Shown here piece after piece: positions 62,775 to 64,000 of a stretch of DNA of 64,000 nucleotides. The stretch comes from Felis catus. Taxonomy: Eukaryota. Numbering within the stretch: position 1 is the stretch's first letter; each line of letters begins with the position of its first letter. The notes beneath the pieces are model-generated. The model had not been told where the DNA came from. It saw nothing but the letters and a program-made list of their open reading frames with translations, and ran no database searches. Position numbers and translations under genes: made by a program. The stretch covers positions 20,834,001-20,898,000 of the forward strand of contig NC_058368.1 of assembly GCF_018350175.1 (NCBI RefSeq), given 5' to 3'.

Positions 62775-62938
62775 CTACATAAATGTAAAATGAATTTTAA
62801 TAATATATTTTATTTAATCCAATATGTCCAAAATATGGTCATTTTGATATACAGAGAATAGGAGAATATTGATGAGCCATATTACACTCATTCTATATAC
62901 TAATCTTCAAACTCTGGTGTATTTTACATTTGCAGCAA
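62775..62938. mobile_element. MER33-like hAT-Charlie fragment
   Basis: AATTTTAATAATATATTTTATTTAATCCAATATGTCCAAAATAT...TCTTCAAACTCTGGTGTATTTTACATTTGCAGCA. Confidence 0.8.
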
Positions 62939-63302
62939 GCTTTTAGGAAGAGGCGTGCTGAGTCAGGAAGGTAACCCCTGGCCAGCTGGGAAACCTGGGT
63001 CCCAATGCTAACTGTGCTCCAACCTTCTAAGTTAGGAGAGGATCCCAAGCACCTGGCAACCAGCCTCATGCAGAGTGAGTTTGGGCAAGTCAAACCATGT
63101 CTTTAAACCTTACATTCTTCCAGAAAGCCAAATTGGGAGAATAAAAAGGCCCACAGGCAGACTTCAAACGAATCATCCTTGTTTTCAAATTTGTTCAAGG
63201 GCCCAAATGTGGTGACAGGCCCTTAAACCAACGAAAATCCTATCCCGATCACATGCTGAGGTTGCCAGGGTCTGTTTGGAGCAAGCAGGGAATCTCTGTG
63301 AT

Positions 63303-63720
63303 CTGCATTCATTTATTCTTTCCTACAAGCATCTGATGGGCACCTGCTCTGTGCCAGGCGCTATTCTAGGTTCTGGGGAAACAGATATGAATAGAGTCTT
63401 GTCCTCAAAGAGGCATGTGTGGGAGGGTGCCATAATCAAGGTCTGGAGCCCCACCACTGAGTAAGAACAGGAAGGAGACTTAAAAGTTGCACTGGAGAGT
63501 CAGTGCAGGAAGAATTCACTTCATGCCTCACCTTTCAGTTTGGCTTTTAAGGAGAAGTGAGAAGTAAAAGGTCATTCCAAAGAATGGCTAGGAACAGGGA
63601 AAAACATTCCAGGCAGAAAAAAAAAATGAAGGGTGCTCTAGGCATCAGTGCATAACCACAGAGATAACGGTCCTTTCTCTGGCTTGGGATGCAGGGGGAA
63701 GGGTGGTGGAAAGTCCTGTT
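63303..63720 (-). mobile_element. L2 3' fragment
   Basis: CATTCATTTATTC...GGGCACCTGCTCTGTGCCAGGCGCTATTCTAGGTTCTGGGGA...ACATTCCAGGCAGA. Confidence 0.8.
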
Positions 63721-64000
63721 TCTCATCATGGTGACGGATGTTAGCATGTGTTTGCCTGCTGGTCAGGTATAGGTGGGACTGGAAAAACCAGAGCCAGAGA
63801 CCGACACATGCCCCTTCCTGACCCTATCCATTCCCTCAAGGTCAAGTTCGTGAGTCAGCTCCTGAGTGAGGCTTCCCCTGGACACCTCAGCCAGCCGTGG
63901 TCACTCCCACCCTTAATGATAAGGATAGCATAGCCTTGACCGTCCGGTATGCTGTCCCCCACGAGACAGGCAGTTTATTGATAGTGTTGTGTTCTTAAAC

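Noticed and set aside
1..64000. Inferring a host gene or its strand from L1 orientation
   Set aside because: L1s occur on both strands and no exon was identified, so intronic versus intergenic status cannot be determined from this window.

Overview
Mammalian, almost certainly felid (cat-like), non-coding genomic DNA. It carries 14 carnivore tRNA-derived SINEs, several of the young SINEC_Fc type, plus young cat-type L1 3' fragments. I found no supportable protein-coding exon, RNA gene or CpG-island promoter. The ORFs in the track that I can recognise are decayed transposon frames; the rest look like microsatellite read-throughs or chance ORFs. By my reading more than half of the window is layered transposable elements: L2/MIR, old L1 (including a near-full-length L1MB-type copy at about 25.3-33.1 kb), a deleted ERVL/LTR16 provirus inside an LTR33, MaLR solo LTRs and hAT DNA-transposon fossils. 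I see no evidence of a new biological system. The most unusual signals are retrotransposition and repair scars. These are a young L1 whose 5' junction holds an inverted copy of its own flank (about 55-bp hairpin, 35232-35357), a 470-bp captured genomic fragment inside L1 ORF2, and a SINE dimer with a single TSD pair. Subfamily names come from my recall of consensus sequences, not from a RepeatMasker/Dfam run, and boundaries of old elements are approximate.
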